Assembly: GCA_010015805.1 (NCBI GenBank)
Contig: ML978121.1
Span: 62,001-126,000 of the forward strand
Reading direction: 5' to 3'
Length of the DNA: 64,000 nucleotides
From: Rhizodiscina lignyota
Lineage: Eukaryota
Part shown: piece after piece, positions 23,877 to 36,496 of the stretch
Layout of the letters: each line of letters opens with the position of its first letter
Position numbering within the stretch: the first letter of the stretch is position 1
The notes under the pieces: model-generated
Told to the model about the DNA's origin: nothing
What the model saw: only the letters and a program-made list of their open reading frames with translations
The model's database searches: none
Made by a program: the position numbers and the translations under genes

Positions 23877-24445
23877 GGGCCTTGTATATTACATTCTGCA
23901 ACTTGGACGGGAATTGAATTGCTTGGAGTGGGAAGAATTTTGAATACAAAGAGGTGCTGCAATGCAAGGTCGTGAGAGTCAGCGCCAAACTCCTCACTGA
24001 TAAGTATCACACTTCTGACGTGACGCTGGTTTCCAGTGAGCAACCGGTCTGCCAAGCGACTCTATTACGGTTACTCTCTCTTTAAGGTTGCCAGTGAGTA
24101 GCTTACCCATTCTGACTTTGAAGATTTGCCTCTTGTTGCTGCGTTAAGAGAGCCTGTTGCAGATCCCGTAAGCTCACGCGAAACTACGAAATAGCTCTCT
24201 CGCATGCAGGGAGTTTTGCCTTGTTCGATGAGCACTAGTGCTTGGCGATCGTCTTAGCTGATTCTCATGACCTCTTCGATGCATTTGCATTCAATGAGAT
24301 TACAGGAAGTCGCACATTGGGTCGATCTCGCTGAGACACTACCGGGAGATGATTTGATGAGCAGTCCAGTACAATTGTCTTCTACTGGTATTGATGCTTT
24401 ACGGATACACCCACCCCAACAAATGAACAAGGCCCATGGAAACCA

Positions 24446-26905
24446 TCAACCGATCTTCCGCTCCTCCCTTCTAAGCCTCCCCGTTATCCTCCTCACGATC
24501 CCTCCAAATCCAACGCTCGTCTTCTTCGCATCAACTTTCCCCGAGTCACCCTGTCCCCACTCCACGCTAGTGACGCTCTCTCGCAACTGCGAGTTATCCC
24601 ATCCTGAAATTCCCCGCCGCGGCAGTGTCGCTACGCCGGTAGGTTCGAAGATGGCGATGCTGTTGGGGCGGTCGCGCTCGACGATGGTGCTGCGGCGCCA
24701 GGGGCGAAGGGACGTGCTGATGCTACTTCTACGGTTGGTTTTCTTGTCTTGACCTTCCAGACTCATAAGAGCCTCGTCTCGTAGGGTTTGTTGGGCTGAG
24801 GTTAAATTCGCCTGCTGCAACTCCGTCTGAGCAGGTATGATATCCTGCGGATTCACCAGCCCTGCAAGTCGTTCAGGAACGCGTGCTGCGGTGACAGGTC
24901 TTGTCGTAGAGCCCGAGCGCGCCCGGCCCCAGTCGACCCACCATTGCGGATTGGGGGCGCTCGGCGGCTGGCTATCTGACATTGTGAGGCTTTTCTCCGA
25001 CCTGCTCCGAGTGCGCCCTCGAGCAAAACTCCATGACCTCGAATGTCTGGGTCTGTTCCCCATGGCCACTGTTCCTTCTCCGTCGGTCGTGCTTTCGTTT
25101 ACCAGGGCCTGTATTGGAGTGTCAGAGACCGAGCTGTCTAGCCTTGGGAAGCTGTTGGACGGCCTTGGCGTTTGTGATTGGTTCCGGAGATGCCGCCGCA
25201 GACTTGAGGCCCCTTGCGAGAAGCCTACTGTAGCAGCACGTCTGATTGGTGCTGGACTAGGCGTTGGTGATATTGGTAACACGCCTGCTGAAATCGTGCT
25301 GTCTGCGCTCGGAGAAAAGCCAGTGTCGCTAACATCGACTGTAGTACTTGTCGATGAAATCGTCGAATGAGACGGCTGTCTCCACCGGTCGGTCACGGTG
25401 CGGAAGAGGGATCCTCGTCTACGTCGAGAGTCTGGTGTTGATGACCGACTTGGGTCTGTAGCATAAATTGCATTATGTATGTCAATATTGGATATGGTCG
25501 TCTCGTATCGACCAGGCGCTACAGGAGGGGGGACTACACTGGTGGAACGTCTGTGCAAGCCCCAGGTGAAGTGTTTCGAAGGTGGTGCCATGTCGGTAAC
25601 AGATGGTGTTTTAACAGACGGCGTCGGAGAGACATTCGGGCTGTGGATGGAGCCAGCTCGGCTTCCGGCGCGACTGATCGTCTTGTCGTTGGTTTTGTTA
25701 GTCTTGTAAGAGAAATGAGGGGACCAGTTGTTGCGTAGCGCTACGTAAATTCCAGAAAGTAGGATGAGGGAGTGAAGAAGATCTGTTGTTTGTATTGCTT
25801 CACGGTCTCCTGCAAGCCTTGAATTGTCTTCGTCCTGGCCTTCATCCGGCGTTGAATTCGGCGTCCGTGAAATCGGCTCAGTTTCAACGGATGTTCCAGA
25901 CACACTAGCCCGCGGAGTGTAATACGTATTGCTGATATCAAGGGAATTTGCTGTCATGTTTGCAATGACCGGATGTCGTCGAGAACGAAGATCGATGGTG
26001 CTGAATCGATAGACCACTTCTTCCGGCGCCGGTGGAGGTCCCATCGGGGTGCTGGCTCCACTGGTCTGCTGTCGCCTTCTTACACGCCTTGGCACCCATC
26101 TGACGACTCTATTCAGACCATGTTCGTCTGTGGAGATGAAGTCATATCTGCCTCTTGCATGCGGTACTGCTTCCCACGTCGAGCCGTCTTCTAAGCACAG
26201 TTGGGCATTTCCAGACGCATGACTCTCGTTCTTGCACGATGCACAGATGATGCCTACGACGTCGTCCGGGGCTGGATCCTCCTCTTCTGGCAAGTCGTAC
26301 TCTTGTGCCTTAATGACCACAAAATCATCTGCTCCCAACCTGTCCTTGCCCTTGTGAAGCCTGGTCAGGTGTCGTCCAAGCTTGCAAGCAGATTTGCCAG
26401 ATGGTAGTACTTCAATTGCCGGCTTTGGGCGAGACCCTGGCACCACTCGGTGTAGTTGCAGTACAGCTCTTTGCCGTGACTTTAATTTCGAAAGATGAGA
26501 TCCTTTCGGAGGTGGGTGACAAAAGGTATATGACGTCTTCGCCCTTGCCTCCTTCTTCTTCTTTCTCTTCTTTACGTCTGTTTCTTGCAATTCCTCCTGG
26601 GCAACTTCAATTGCCACAGGTACATCCTCCTCACTACTCTCACTCAATGATCGTCGCGGCTCCGAGACAATCTTGACCTCCGCCTCTTCCGCGAACATGA
26701 CTTTCTCCACCTTGGTGACATTTGGTGCTGATGCTGGCTTGACGGCGCTCTTTGGCAGTGTGGTCAATGGCGGCCTTTGCTTCGCAGACGCAGGTCGGAT
26801 CGTTCGAGGGATGGGGGACAGTCGGGCAGGCGTAGTAGGTCGCAGAGTAGAAAATTCGTGGCCATGCTGGGCGGCAGCGTCGGAAACGAGGGTGGAGAGG
26901 AACAT
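24446..26905 (-). CDS. Large Ser/Pro/Arg-rich fungal hypothetical protein (start uncertain)
   Basis: Uninterrupted ORF of more than 800 codons with a globular-looking block (TSYTFCHPPP...LQLH...VVRWV...RRHPVIA). First in-frame ATG at 26905. Confidence 0.75.
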   Translation of the reverse strand: MFLSTLVSDAAAQHGHEFSTLRPTTPARLSPIPRTIRPASAKQRPPLTTLPKSAVKPASAPNVTKVEKVMFAEEAEVKIVSEPRRSLSESSEEDVPVAIEVAQEELQETDVKKRKKKKEARAKTSYTFCHPPPKGSHLSKLKSRQRAVLQLHRVVPGSRPKPAIEVLPSGKSACKLGRHLTRLHKGKDRLGADDFVVIKAQEYDLPEEEDPAPDDVVGIICASCKNESHASGNAQLCLEDGSTWEAVPHARGRYDFISTDEHGLNRVVRWVPRRVRRRQQTSGASTPMGPPPAPEEVVYRFSTIDLRSRRHPVIANMTANSLDISNTYYTPRASVSGTSVETEPISRTPNSTPDEGQDEDNSRLAGDREAIQTTDLLHSLILLSGIYVALRNNWSPHFSYKTNKTNDKTISRAGSRAGSIHSPNVSPTPSVKTPSVTDMAPPSKHFTWGLHRRSTSVVPPPVAPGRYETTISNIDIHNAIYATDPSRSSTPDSRRRRGSLFRTVTDRWRQPSHSTISSTSTTVDVSDTGFSPSADSTISAGVLPISPTPSPAPIRRAATVGFSQGASSLRRHLRNQSQTPRPSNSFPRLDSSVSDTPIQALVNESTTDGEGTVAMGNRPRHSRSWSFARGRTRSRSEKSLTMSDSQPPSAPNPQWWVDWGRARSGSTTRPVTAARVPERLAGLVNPQDIIPAQTELQQANLTSAQQTLRDEALMSLEGQDKKTNRRSSISTSLRPWRRSTIVERDRPNSIAIFEPTGVATLPRRGISGWDNSQLRESVTSVEWGQGDSGKVDAKKTSVGFGGIVRRITGRLRREERKIG

Positions 26906-28568
26906 ATTATGGATAAAGAGTGCGCGATTCGACGTTCCGTTCAGGGTTGTAATCGCGGCTGTGGGGTATGCAGGTACGGGAAGCACATGGTTTATTAGGC
27001 ATGGACCGGCCAGCCGCTGTATGTCTATGAACGTAAGGTTGAGCAGGAGAATGACGGTGAAATGTTCCAGAAGTGAAATTTGGCGTATGTGCTGACTGCC
27101 CTGAGGTTTGCGGAGGTGGAGTGCTTGAGGTGGGACAAGATTCTTTCAGCGGTCGCCGGCCTGTGCAGCTGGCGTGTCCCTGGATTCCTGGAAGTCGTGC
27201 TGCTAAATTGGCGGCCGCGCAGGGCTGTCACGCCTGCATCCTTCTGCACACACACACTCGGCCGGGGTGGAGGGTAGGGCAATGTGAAGAGCGAGCAGCG
27301 GCGACGATGAGGTCGAATGCGTGTCGAAGGCAGAAGCAGCGATGCCGGGAACAGTGGGCTGATATTCAGTTCGCCGGTCAGCTGGATGGAGTCGATCGAT
27401 GCTCGTCAATCACTTGCGGCCCCAGCAAAAGCGAATAAGGCAGACCCAGCAATTGTAAGCCGTACGGACTAAGGAGACGGACGGCTTCGGGCTCGGGCGC
27501 CTACAGATCCGGCTGCAGGCGTTCGTCCGTAACCACGCTTGTAAGTAGTGGCTGGAGGCACGGTGGAGATGCGTAAAAGCTCGACCACACACCAGGCAGC
27601 CTAAACATGCTCTATGCAACTAAAAGCGACGACGCTGCGCAGAGCTCTGTGGACGATGGGGAGTCAGGATCTAGTCAGCCCTTGAGAGAGGCTCCGCTCC
27701 GCCCCTCGTCTTTGTATCTGACCTCACCGCAACCAGCAGGACTAGCAAATCGCACCCGCCCACTATGTAAGACTGCCAATACTGGTGCTCGCGTCCAACA
27801 CCAGTATGGGACGACATGGGCGTAGGGGGGAGTGCGCGGATGCTGGCGGAAGTGAACACGAAATATGCGAGGCCGAATGCCCATTCATCTCTCGGTGCCA
27901 AGCGGCCGCCCTAATCCCTTCCTGAGACGAGTGAGGCAGGTTTAATTCCCGCGGGCGCTGAAGTCGAGATGGTCTTTGGTGCGTTGAGAGCAGCTCGCAA
28001 CGCTCTCCGCATCTGCCATCCATGCAACATGCTTTCGGTTCAATCGGACGTTCGGTGTGCGCGACCTCTAGGGATGCAAGGCGTGTGGTATGTTGGATAA
28101 ATTGCGTTTAAAACGTTATTCTGAAATACCAAACAAAAGACTCCTATAATTAGCTATGCTTAGGGAGAAGAGGGTGTCGTTGAGCTCTACCTAAATGCCG
28201 TGCTAGCTATATTTGGTTTAGCGTATTCAGATTAGGGTTAAAACATCATGTAATGTGTGCCTCTGTTATGAAATAAACCACCATACGCTATAAAATATTG
28301 CGTTTTTTAAATAGATAACGTTCCCTAGCGACCTCACCTCTAAGGCCGACCTCCTTTCGACGCCATGCTTCACAACAACCGCTGGACGTGTCGTACGGAC
28401 TTGCCTTCTGCAGTAAAGAGCTTCAATTCGCGACTCGCGACTTGCATCCTCCTTTCGCGCCGTTCCGTGATGCGCCTTTTTCTTTCCTCCCGCCTCCTCA
28501 TTGTCGCTTCCATTGGCGCCTAATTCACACCGACTATTTACGCGCATGTCGCGTGCCTGTAAAAGACA

Positions 28569-30060
28569 ATGCGTCCGGCATTGCTCCCCTCTCAGAAGCC
28601 GAGGATAAATCTGATATGCCTGTTTGTCCTATGGAAAATTTTTCTGCTTGCAATTGCGATTCTAAGTCCTGGTCCTGGCTACGACACCTCGACTCAGCTA
28701 CTTCTCATCGGCGACCTGGGCGATGGTCATTCATCGCCCGGAGAATCTAATTTCTCAGAATGGTCCGTTTCGAGACTAGCGGCTGAGAAATTGACTAGAT
28801 GGGATGGAATATATTTCGCATCCCTTGCGGAAAGAGGTTATATCTTCGAGCAGGGATGGGCGTTTAGCTGGGGATTGACGAGGCTGATGAGTCTGTTCAC
28901 GAAGGGTACATCTGAAATTAGCACACGCTCCAAATGAACGCCAATTGACCTGTACCTCAGCTCTCTCTTCAGATGAACGGCCTACCATTGTGATACACGC
29001 GTTATCTGGAATCTCTCTCGCCAATCTTGCCCACCTCCTCGCCGTCCTCGTTCTCTACCAACTCGTCCTGGTCATCGCATCTCACGAGCCGGATGGCCAG
29101 CACATTGCTTTCCTCGCAGCAGTACTCCATGTGCTTTCACCAGCAGGACTATTCCTGTCCGCCCCTAATGCCGAGTCAATATTCGCCCTTCTCAACTTCT
29201 CCGGCATGCTGTTTTACTCCTTCGCCTGGAGAGCGGCATCGAAGCTCGTCATGTCTTTGAATATGCTGCTAGCCGGTCTCGCATTTGGGCTTGCGACAGT
29301 TGTTCGCAGTAATGGACTACTCAGCGGTGCCATACTCGCTGCAGACTTCGCAACTACGCTTTGGCTATTTCGTCGACGATGGCCAACACTGTCCGATTTG
29401 CTGGTTTTCTGTGCAATTGGAATATCCGGTCTCCTCACAGCGGCTGGCTTTATTCTTCCACAAGCAATTGCGTACCAAGAGTACTGCATAGACGCTGCCG
29501 AGAGCAATAGGAGAGAATGGTGCAATCGAACAATTCCAAGCATCTATTCATGGGTGCAGGAGCACTATTGGTATTGACAAAGTTGCAAACTCTTCATTGA
29601 ACCTGTTTTGCTAATCCGATCAAGGAACGTTGGCTTCCTCCGCTACTGGACTCTTTCCAATCTCCCCCTCTTCCTGATCGCGGCCCCGAGCATCTACCTT
29701 CTATTCAGCACCGCTATTCAATGCATCCGTCAGGCTTCAAATTATAGAGCCAAGACGTCATCAACCGCCCAGAAGGAAACGCCCGATGTACAACAGGCCA
29801 GAGCACGTGCAGTCCTCTGCCTGTACCGATTTGCTCTGCCGCAGGCTCTGCTTGCAGTTCTGGCGCTTACGAACTTCCACGTTCAAATCATCACGCGCAT
29901 GGCGTCTGCATATCCTGTTTGGTACTTTGCCCTTGCACAGGCGATCACGAAGAAAGAGAAGCTGGTCGGCGGTCTCAAACCGGAATTGGTGGTCAGATGG
30001 ATGGTCATGTATGCTCTTATCCAGGGCGGATTGTTTGCTAGCTTCTTACCACCAGCATGA
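28569..30060 (+). CDS. GPI18: GPI mannosyltransferase 2 (PIG-V); introns 28906-28960 and 29571-29624
   Basis: LTRWDGIYF, GYIFEQGWAF, SPAGLFLSAP, RSNG, YSWVQEHYW|NVGFLRYW and HVQIITR motifs. Confidence 0.93.
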
Positions 30061-30169
30061 GGCATTGAAGCAAAATGTGCTTCAGATGATCGGAATATTG
30101 CTTCCTACATAGCTGCTTGGAGTCTATATCTATTCTTTCCCTTATATGTCTAAGCATCGCTCTCTATAC

Positions 30170-31203
30170 CTATCCCTCGCTTGCATCGAACACAGCCCAG
30201 CACTCCCTCTCGCCGTTGCCACCTGGACTCTGCTGCGGAGTTGCCTTCGCGTCTATCCACATCCTATGGTAGTCGACACCTGCATCCTTCCATCCCAACT
30301 CTTCAAACAATTTCAGGCTTCCGGGGTTGTCCATGAAGATCTCTGCCACAAGTATCCCATCCTTGTTCAATTCACCGGTCCTCTTCATCGCTGCTCGTAG
30401 GAGCGCAGACGCAATGTCCCTCGATGAAGCATATATCGGTCCGAAGCGATATCCCAAATGATTCACGCGGACGAGCACGAACCCCTCCAGCGCACCGCTC
30501 GCGTCCGTCGCCGCAAAACCACATGTATCGTCCTCCACACGGTGGAACATCCCCTCCTTGCTCCATAGTCTGCTCCGCCTGAACCCCGTACACCTTTCCT
30601 CGAAATCAACCAACTTGCCAGCCTCGATGCTCCTGATGTCCACCAACTTCCACCCGCTGCCCTCCGTCTTAATCTCATCCTCAATTGGCACCTTCCCCAG
30701 CCCGTCCCTGAACATGTTCTTAATCATCCCAACCTCACGGAATCCGCGCCGCTCGTACGTCGCCTTCTGCTCCACCACCGCGTCCAACCCTATGTACTCG
30801 CAGCCCATGCGCTTGAACTCGGCCAGACATTGTCGGAACAGCGCGGCGCCCCACCCCTTCCCCCGCGCGCTTGCGTTCATGATGAAGAAGCCTACCCACG
30901 CAGTGCGGTTGTCGAAGACGAAGGGCACGACGCAGCCTTCGGGTTTGTCGGAATCTTTCGAGGTCACAACGAGCCAGGAGGTGGAGCGGGAGACGTTCCA
31001 ATGCATGGGGGCATCGTTGTAGGCTCGATTCTAGAAATGGGACAAGTAGTTAGCAGCTAGAAAGACAGCGAGTTGAATGGGATGGAATATGCAAAATCGA
31101 AGCTCACCCAGCCCAAATCGACCATCAGTGGCCACCACAGGTCTCTCATCTCCTCCATACTCTCCGCATTACGGATGGTGTATTCGTTACTATCGGGCGC
31201 CAT
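30170..31203 (-). CDS. GNAT-family acetyltransferase (two-domain); intron 31031-31107
   Basis: ARGKGWGAALF acetyl-CoA motif, IGLDAVVEQKATYERRGF and GPIYA. Exon 1 reads MAPDSNEYTIR...LGW|NRA. Confidence 0.85.
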
Positions 31204-32500
31204 GATTATGAATCTTCCAGAGACAGACTTCAGACGCCGGGCTGGAGCTTCAAAAAGTGCAATTGAGCCAAACTTTATAGAGGATTGGTGGCTCGGCGAC
31301 TCGTCAGATCAGACCAACAACATCCTCATTGCGCAAGAGCTAATACGTGATCGAGATTAGCTCCAACCCCGTACAGACAGCTCATATCCCAATTGGAAGT
31401 GTGTGATGACGCGGGTGTGCGAAGCTTACCTGAGCAGATCAAAGCTCCAGCAGCTGGGGTGAGAACGTGGCTAGTGGAGCGGACCTTTTTCGAATGTCAC
31501 GGCGGACTACGGGCGGAAGGCATCCCCCCATTGCGGCGGGTGAGGCTCTACAGCTTCCTCGTATCATTGGGTGGGTGAAAGCTGCATCTGTGCCTGCATT
31601 GACGGTCCGCGATGTGGCTTTGCCGGAATCGGAAAGAGATATCTGAGGTTGTCAGGGATGTCAAGACACGCTCGGGCTGACAAAATAGCTGGCCACCACA
31701 CAAGTTGTAACATGAAGTGTGAGCAGCTCCTGCATTTCACAGTGGGCGGAACTATATCCAAAAGCATCATTATATATTCATGGGAGCGTATATAGCAGTA
31801 ATAAGCCTTTGAAAATTTATATACTTTTCGTCGTCGCTGTGCGGCTGTTCAGTGTCTCGAAAGCTTTGGCCGACTTTTTTGTCACCGTCGAGATACGCCA
31901 CGTTCGTAACTTTAAAGTGACGAACGGGAGATATCGAAAGACAATACTTCGCAGCATTTGATTCATCAGTGATTTTTGAAGTGGCAATTCTAAGCATGTT
32001 CAGACTCGCTTACATTTTCCGCCGTCATGGTGGGTGTGACCATGCATTTGAACAGAACCGATAGCTATTATTTGATTCTGTCGTCCTCATCGACGCTCTC
32101 AAAACTCCCAACGCTAATATATGCGCCCGTCCCTGCATCGGAAGCAGGCTTTGCTATTACCTACCCATTATAATGGCAAAGAGTATTCATAGATGGAGAG
32201 GAAGTTGATCATAAGAAGTGTGGCTATCGTCACCCTCGAGATAGTTCAATGGCTTCACTTGTCCTGGATTCCGAATTGATAATAATTATGAGAGCAGGGC
32301 AGTTTTCCATTATGTAACCCATTGACAGTGTCTTATGCAGAATCACATTGTCCATTTCTCCGCCCCGCTCCCTTTCACACTCAACAACTCGATCCTGCTT
32401 TTCTTTGTGTGTCCGACGCTCCTTCATCTCCCAATGTCTACTCGCATTTTTCTCCCTCAGGATGGATGTGGTATTTGCATCTATCCTTAATCCAAGGTAC

Positions 32501-33161
32501 CTAATCCTCAACTTCCTTATCGCACACAGCCCAGAGTGCCATGTTAACGTCTTGCCAGAACTCAGCGGGTGCTCTTACGACATCCGAGATACTGTGCTGA
32601 TTCGATGCAACTCTTGTTCGTTCCATAGTGATCCACGATTCTTTTCCACGGAAGGCCCACATATCCACAAGCAAGAGCCATAATTTGGACTTCTTTGGAA
32701 GTTGGGCATGGACTCTACCAACAAGCGAAGTTGGATAACGATTGTACTTTTCGGTGGCGGCGATAAGAGCATCGATTATGTTGTTCTGAAAGGCGCTGTC
32801 TTTGATCGCGTGCCCGAGGACGTAGAGCTCTGTGAGTCGGTCAAACTCTTCCGAGAGAGTATCTTGGTTTTCGTTGAGGTTGTAAACAACACCACGGTAC
32901 AGCCATTGAACGTAATGACTGATGACTTCTGGTGAATGGTCGCGTAGCACGATAGGATCATTAATTTCCATCTCTGTTCTTCTTTGAGGGGTCCAGGCGG
33001 TCTTGAAAGAAGTCAGAGGATTGCTTGAGGACGTTTGCGTGCACGAAAGTCGACTCGCTCGGTCGTGTTGCTGCTTGAATCTCGACAACGTCACCCAACT
33101 GCGGCAATGCGTCTTTAAGCTCAGCACGTGAAGAACGACTCGAAGGTATCGTGTGCGCCAT
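32501..33161 (-). pseudogene. BTB/POZ-domain gene interrupted by a frameshift near 32961-32970
   Basis: The N-terminal part (FVHANVLKQSSDFFQDRL) and the C-terminal part (PIVLRDHSPEVISHYVQWLY...LYVLG) are in different frames, with no intron between them. Confidence 0.7.
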
Positions 33162-33652
33162 TGTTGACAAGAATCATTTGCTGTATTCTGTTCGTGGAGG
33201 CCGTGTTGATGTGGATGAGGTGTGAAGCTGGAGGAAGTAGAAGTGGAGTTGGGCAACAAATTGTATTTGTTGTGCTCTTGAGGAGCTTGAAAGAGAAAGC
33301 ACTGAACACGCGTAATTTGGACGCTTTTGTTGTGCGCAATGACACGTATCCGGGTTGATTAATTCTTCCGCGGCTCTGAAAAGTTGAAGCTGATCCCGTC
33401 CTCAATATGCGTCACAATATATGACGCCAGTGGCTGCCTAGCCCCTTTTAGGTTCGTCAAGTGTTGATGTTCATGAGTGATGCGTAAATTTGAAACTAAT
33501 AAATACCATAGATAAATCAGAGAGAGCTCATAGATACTCTAGTTTAAAGTTCTATCAAGAAAGAGATGCCGAAAGGAGGGACACCAGTTGGAATAGAGAT
33601 CGACGCCAACGAATATAACAAATAGAAAAGGCAAGCACATCCAGATGCATGC

Positions 33653-34071
33653 TTAGAAGCATGCGAAATTCTGCTGAATTGTGACACCCCCCGGGCATGA
33701 AATAGTCGACGACTGAAACTCGCAGTTAGAGTTAAATGATCCGTCTTGATCCAAGCTCAAGCCATTTCCACCACAGCCCTCAAATTCGAATGGTCCGTTA
33801 TTGCCATCGACATCAAAACTGATGCCACAGGGATCCGAATTAGAATCGACGATCGTAGTAAAACCCGAACAGACATCAGGAGTACCATTGGTGCTTTGCG
33901 GTGAAGAGAGATTAGCGAGTATCAGAGCACTTGAAATGGTGGCCCTCACTAGGCAACCTGAGACTGTGAACCATCCTCACCCGTGCGCAATGCGAGGAAG
34001 ACGGTGGCGCTAGCAAGTGGCGAGCTCAGGACGGCGAGGATGACAGTGGTCGAGATGTTGGAGTAACGCAT
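33653..34071 (-). CDS. Small secreted cysteine-rich protein (~120 aa, 6 Cys); intron 33894-33949
   Basis: Signal peptide MRYSNISTTVILAVLSSPLASA. The splice joins QVAY|TNGTPDVCSG. A TATA-like element (TATAAAA on minus) lies near 34190. Confidence 0.82.
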
Positions 34072-36015
34072 GATGAGATTTCAGTGAGGACTGTTGGAAG
34101 TAGAATAAGGAATGTTGAAACGCTGGAAATGAGTTGATATCGAAAGATGTTTAGTGACTATACTGAAATATCCTTCTAATGCCGTCCCTTTTATATGCGT
34201 TGACTGCTCCGTACAGCCTCCAAATACATGGCTGACGCTGATACCCAATTTATGCGTACATTGCACCGCTGATCTTATTATAGCTAAATTATGTGTTGAG
34301 CCAGGCTATGAGCATGAGTTATGAGCTTGCGAAGTCACTTCAGCTAAAAATGAACGGGGCTGAGATATGTATGTCTGCCAATTAATGATCCTGTTTGGCC
34401 ACGATTCACGAAATTGAATATAGTCAGAGACACTCACCCCCATTTCAGTAAGTGCGCTTCAGGAAATCCAAGTAGGTTTTATTCGGAGAAACTCAGGCCA
34501 ATCGTTACTTTCAGCATAGGTCAGTGATGCACGGTCATGTGTGTGCAAGCCATTCCTTCTTTGGTCGACGAGACCTGATTGGGTACATATACATCCTGAT
34601 TGGACTCCGGTTGACCACCTACTTCCTGAAATGAGGGTGACAGCGGACTCGCCAATCGTACTTGTAGAACCACGACAAATTACAAAATTTCCGTGCTGAG
34701 TAAATGATGTGTGGAAGCAGGCTACTGGCATAAGTTCTGGGCATACGATGTCCCTTCAGCTGAAATGGAAATTCTAGATGGGGCTGAGGCACGTATCAGA
34801 ATTCAAATGTCGGATTATTTGCACCCACAAAGGGAAATCCTTGGCGCCGAAAATAAGACTATCTTTTAAGTAATTTTCACAGTTATGCGTCGGGGAGCTT
34901 CTACTACAGTTTTCTCAGGCCCTCGCAGACCGAACAAAATCACGGCCGAGTCACCAATGCAATCGCACAGAAACTAGACTGTCCACGAGCCACATCTACA
35001 GGACTTTTATTGTCAGTGCTACCTCAACTACACGACATCATAAATCACCCTGGTTAGATTATTCACAGAAAATCATTCCTCTATCCAGCCTACACAGTTT
35101 TCATGCCGGCTGTGTCGGAATTGAATACAGGGGGTAATTTGCAGCCACCAAAGGGGAATCTTTGCGCTCCAATTACGGTCCTAGATGTCAATTACGACAA
35201 TACAGGCAAGGGCGAGTGTCATGAAGCGCCCTTTCAGAAGATGTAAGTTTTGTTCTGAGAGAAGCTAACCAATCATAACTTTCAGTGGTAGAGAATTACG
35301 TGTGCGCGGGCCTAATCCAGTTGGAGGTAAAAGAGCCCTGGCGCTTCAGGCTCGGTCTCAATAATGCGAATAAGCTATTCCTCCTTTAATCGATAAGATC
35401 TGATTGGATGTATATACCCTAAAAAGATTAGGTTGACTACTTTCTGAATTAGGGGTGGCTGCATACTGGTCCCGGCCTGTAGAGTGTGGGGCATGGCGTG
35501 CGATGCGACTTCAAGAGAGGATCTAGAATACAATCTTTGCATAATGGCCTTCGAAAGTGTGTCATCCTGTATACAGAAGATAAGCATAGTCAACGCCTTG
35601 CTTAAGCTTGAATTTGTGATATCAAACTTAGTCGACAGTTGAAGCGGGAGAGATTTGACTAGAGTTGCATACACACGACATGTCTACGTATACGAGAGGT
35701 GAAACGATCTAACTGCGAAATTTAGTAGCACATTTTTTCGGATTATTTTCTTCTGAAAACCGAACGTCCGTTAGGCAACAACTGCCACACACTATGAAAG
35801 ATCGCGATCGTGACCGGGACCAGCTTCTGCTCTACCGCACGTTGCACTGAGTAGATAAGAAATGACGTTGCCGTGCTAAGAGTTGGTGCGGCATGATACG
35901 GTGTATGGTGAGCAGCACGCGCGATGGTTTGTTGCAAGCAACTCGTACGAACCAAGGGATCCATTCGTTCAGACGCACAAACACCTCTTCTAACTTGAGA
36001 ATAATGCTCTCTTGC

Positions 36016-36496
36016 TCATTGTTCATCAAATGCATCATTACAGTACTCATCCGCGAGCTCATTCTCGTCTATTGATATCCATGTGTACCTTACGGTTCCT
36101 ATCTCCATTACTTTATCGTCAAGGTCGGATGCCTCCTCGATCAGATCTCGATTCGCAACTTCGTAACCCGCAGCAGTCGTCCAGTCGTTCTTGACCCACT
36201 TGTGGATCCACTCGTTCATACATCCGATCGCGTACTTAGAGTCAGAGAAGATTCTGAGGTCAATATCCGGATCTGAATCCAGCTCGTCGTATTTGTCCAG
36301 AGCCATCTCCAATCCTAAGATAATGGCGAGAATCTCCGCTCGCTGGTTCGTCGGAAAAGGGTCTCGAGACAGCTTCCTCGTGCGGTAAACATGTCCGCCC
36401 CATTTCTTCATGTGTACGGCGGCAGCAGCGCCGATGGCACCTGGTCTACCATTGCCTCTACATCCGCCATCGACATATATGCATGCGGTACCCCAT
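36016..36496 (-). pseudogene. Short RNase HI-like gene with a 2-nt frameshift near the start
   Basis: IYVDGGCRGNG, TNQRAE, FSDSKY, ANRDL and ENELAD motifs. The putative start MGYRM is out of frame by one AT unit at 36475-36480. Confidence 0.8.

Noticed and set aside
28085..28345. AT-rich patch as a RIP-mutated transposon relic
   Set aside because: No terminal repeats or coding remnants recognisable; composition alone is insufficient.
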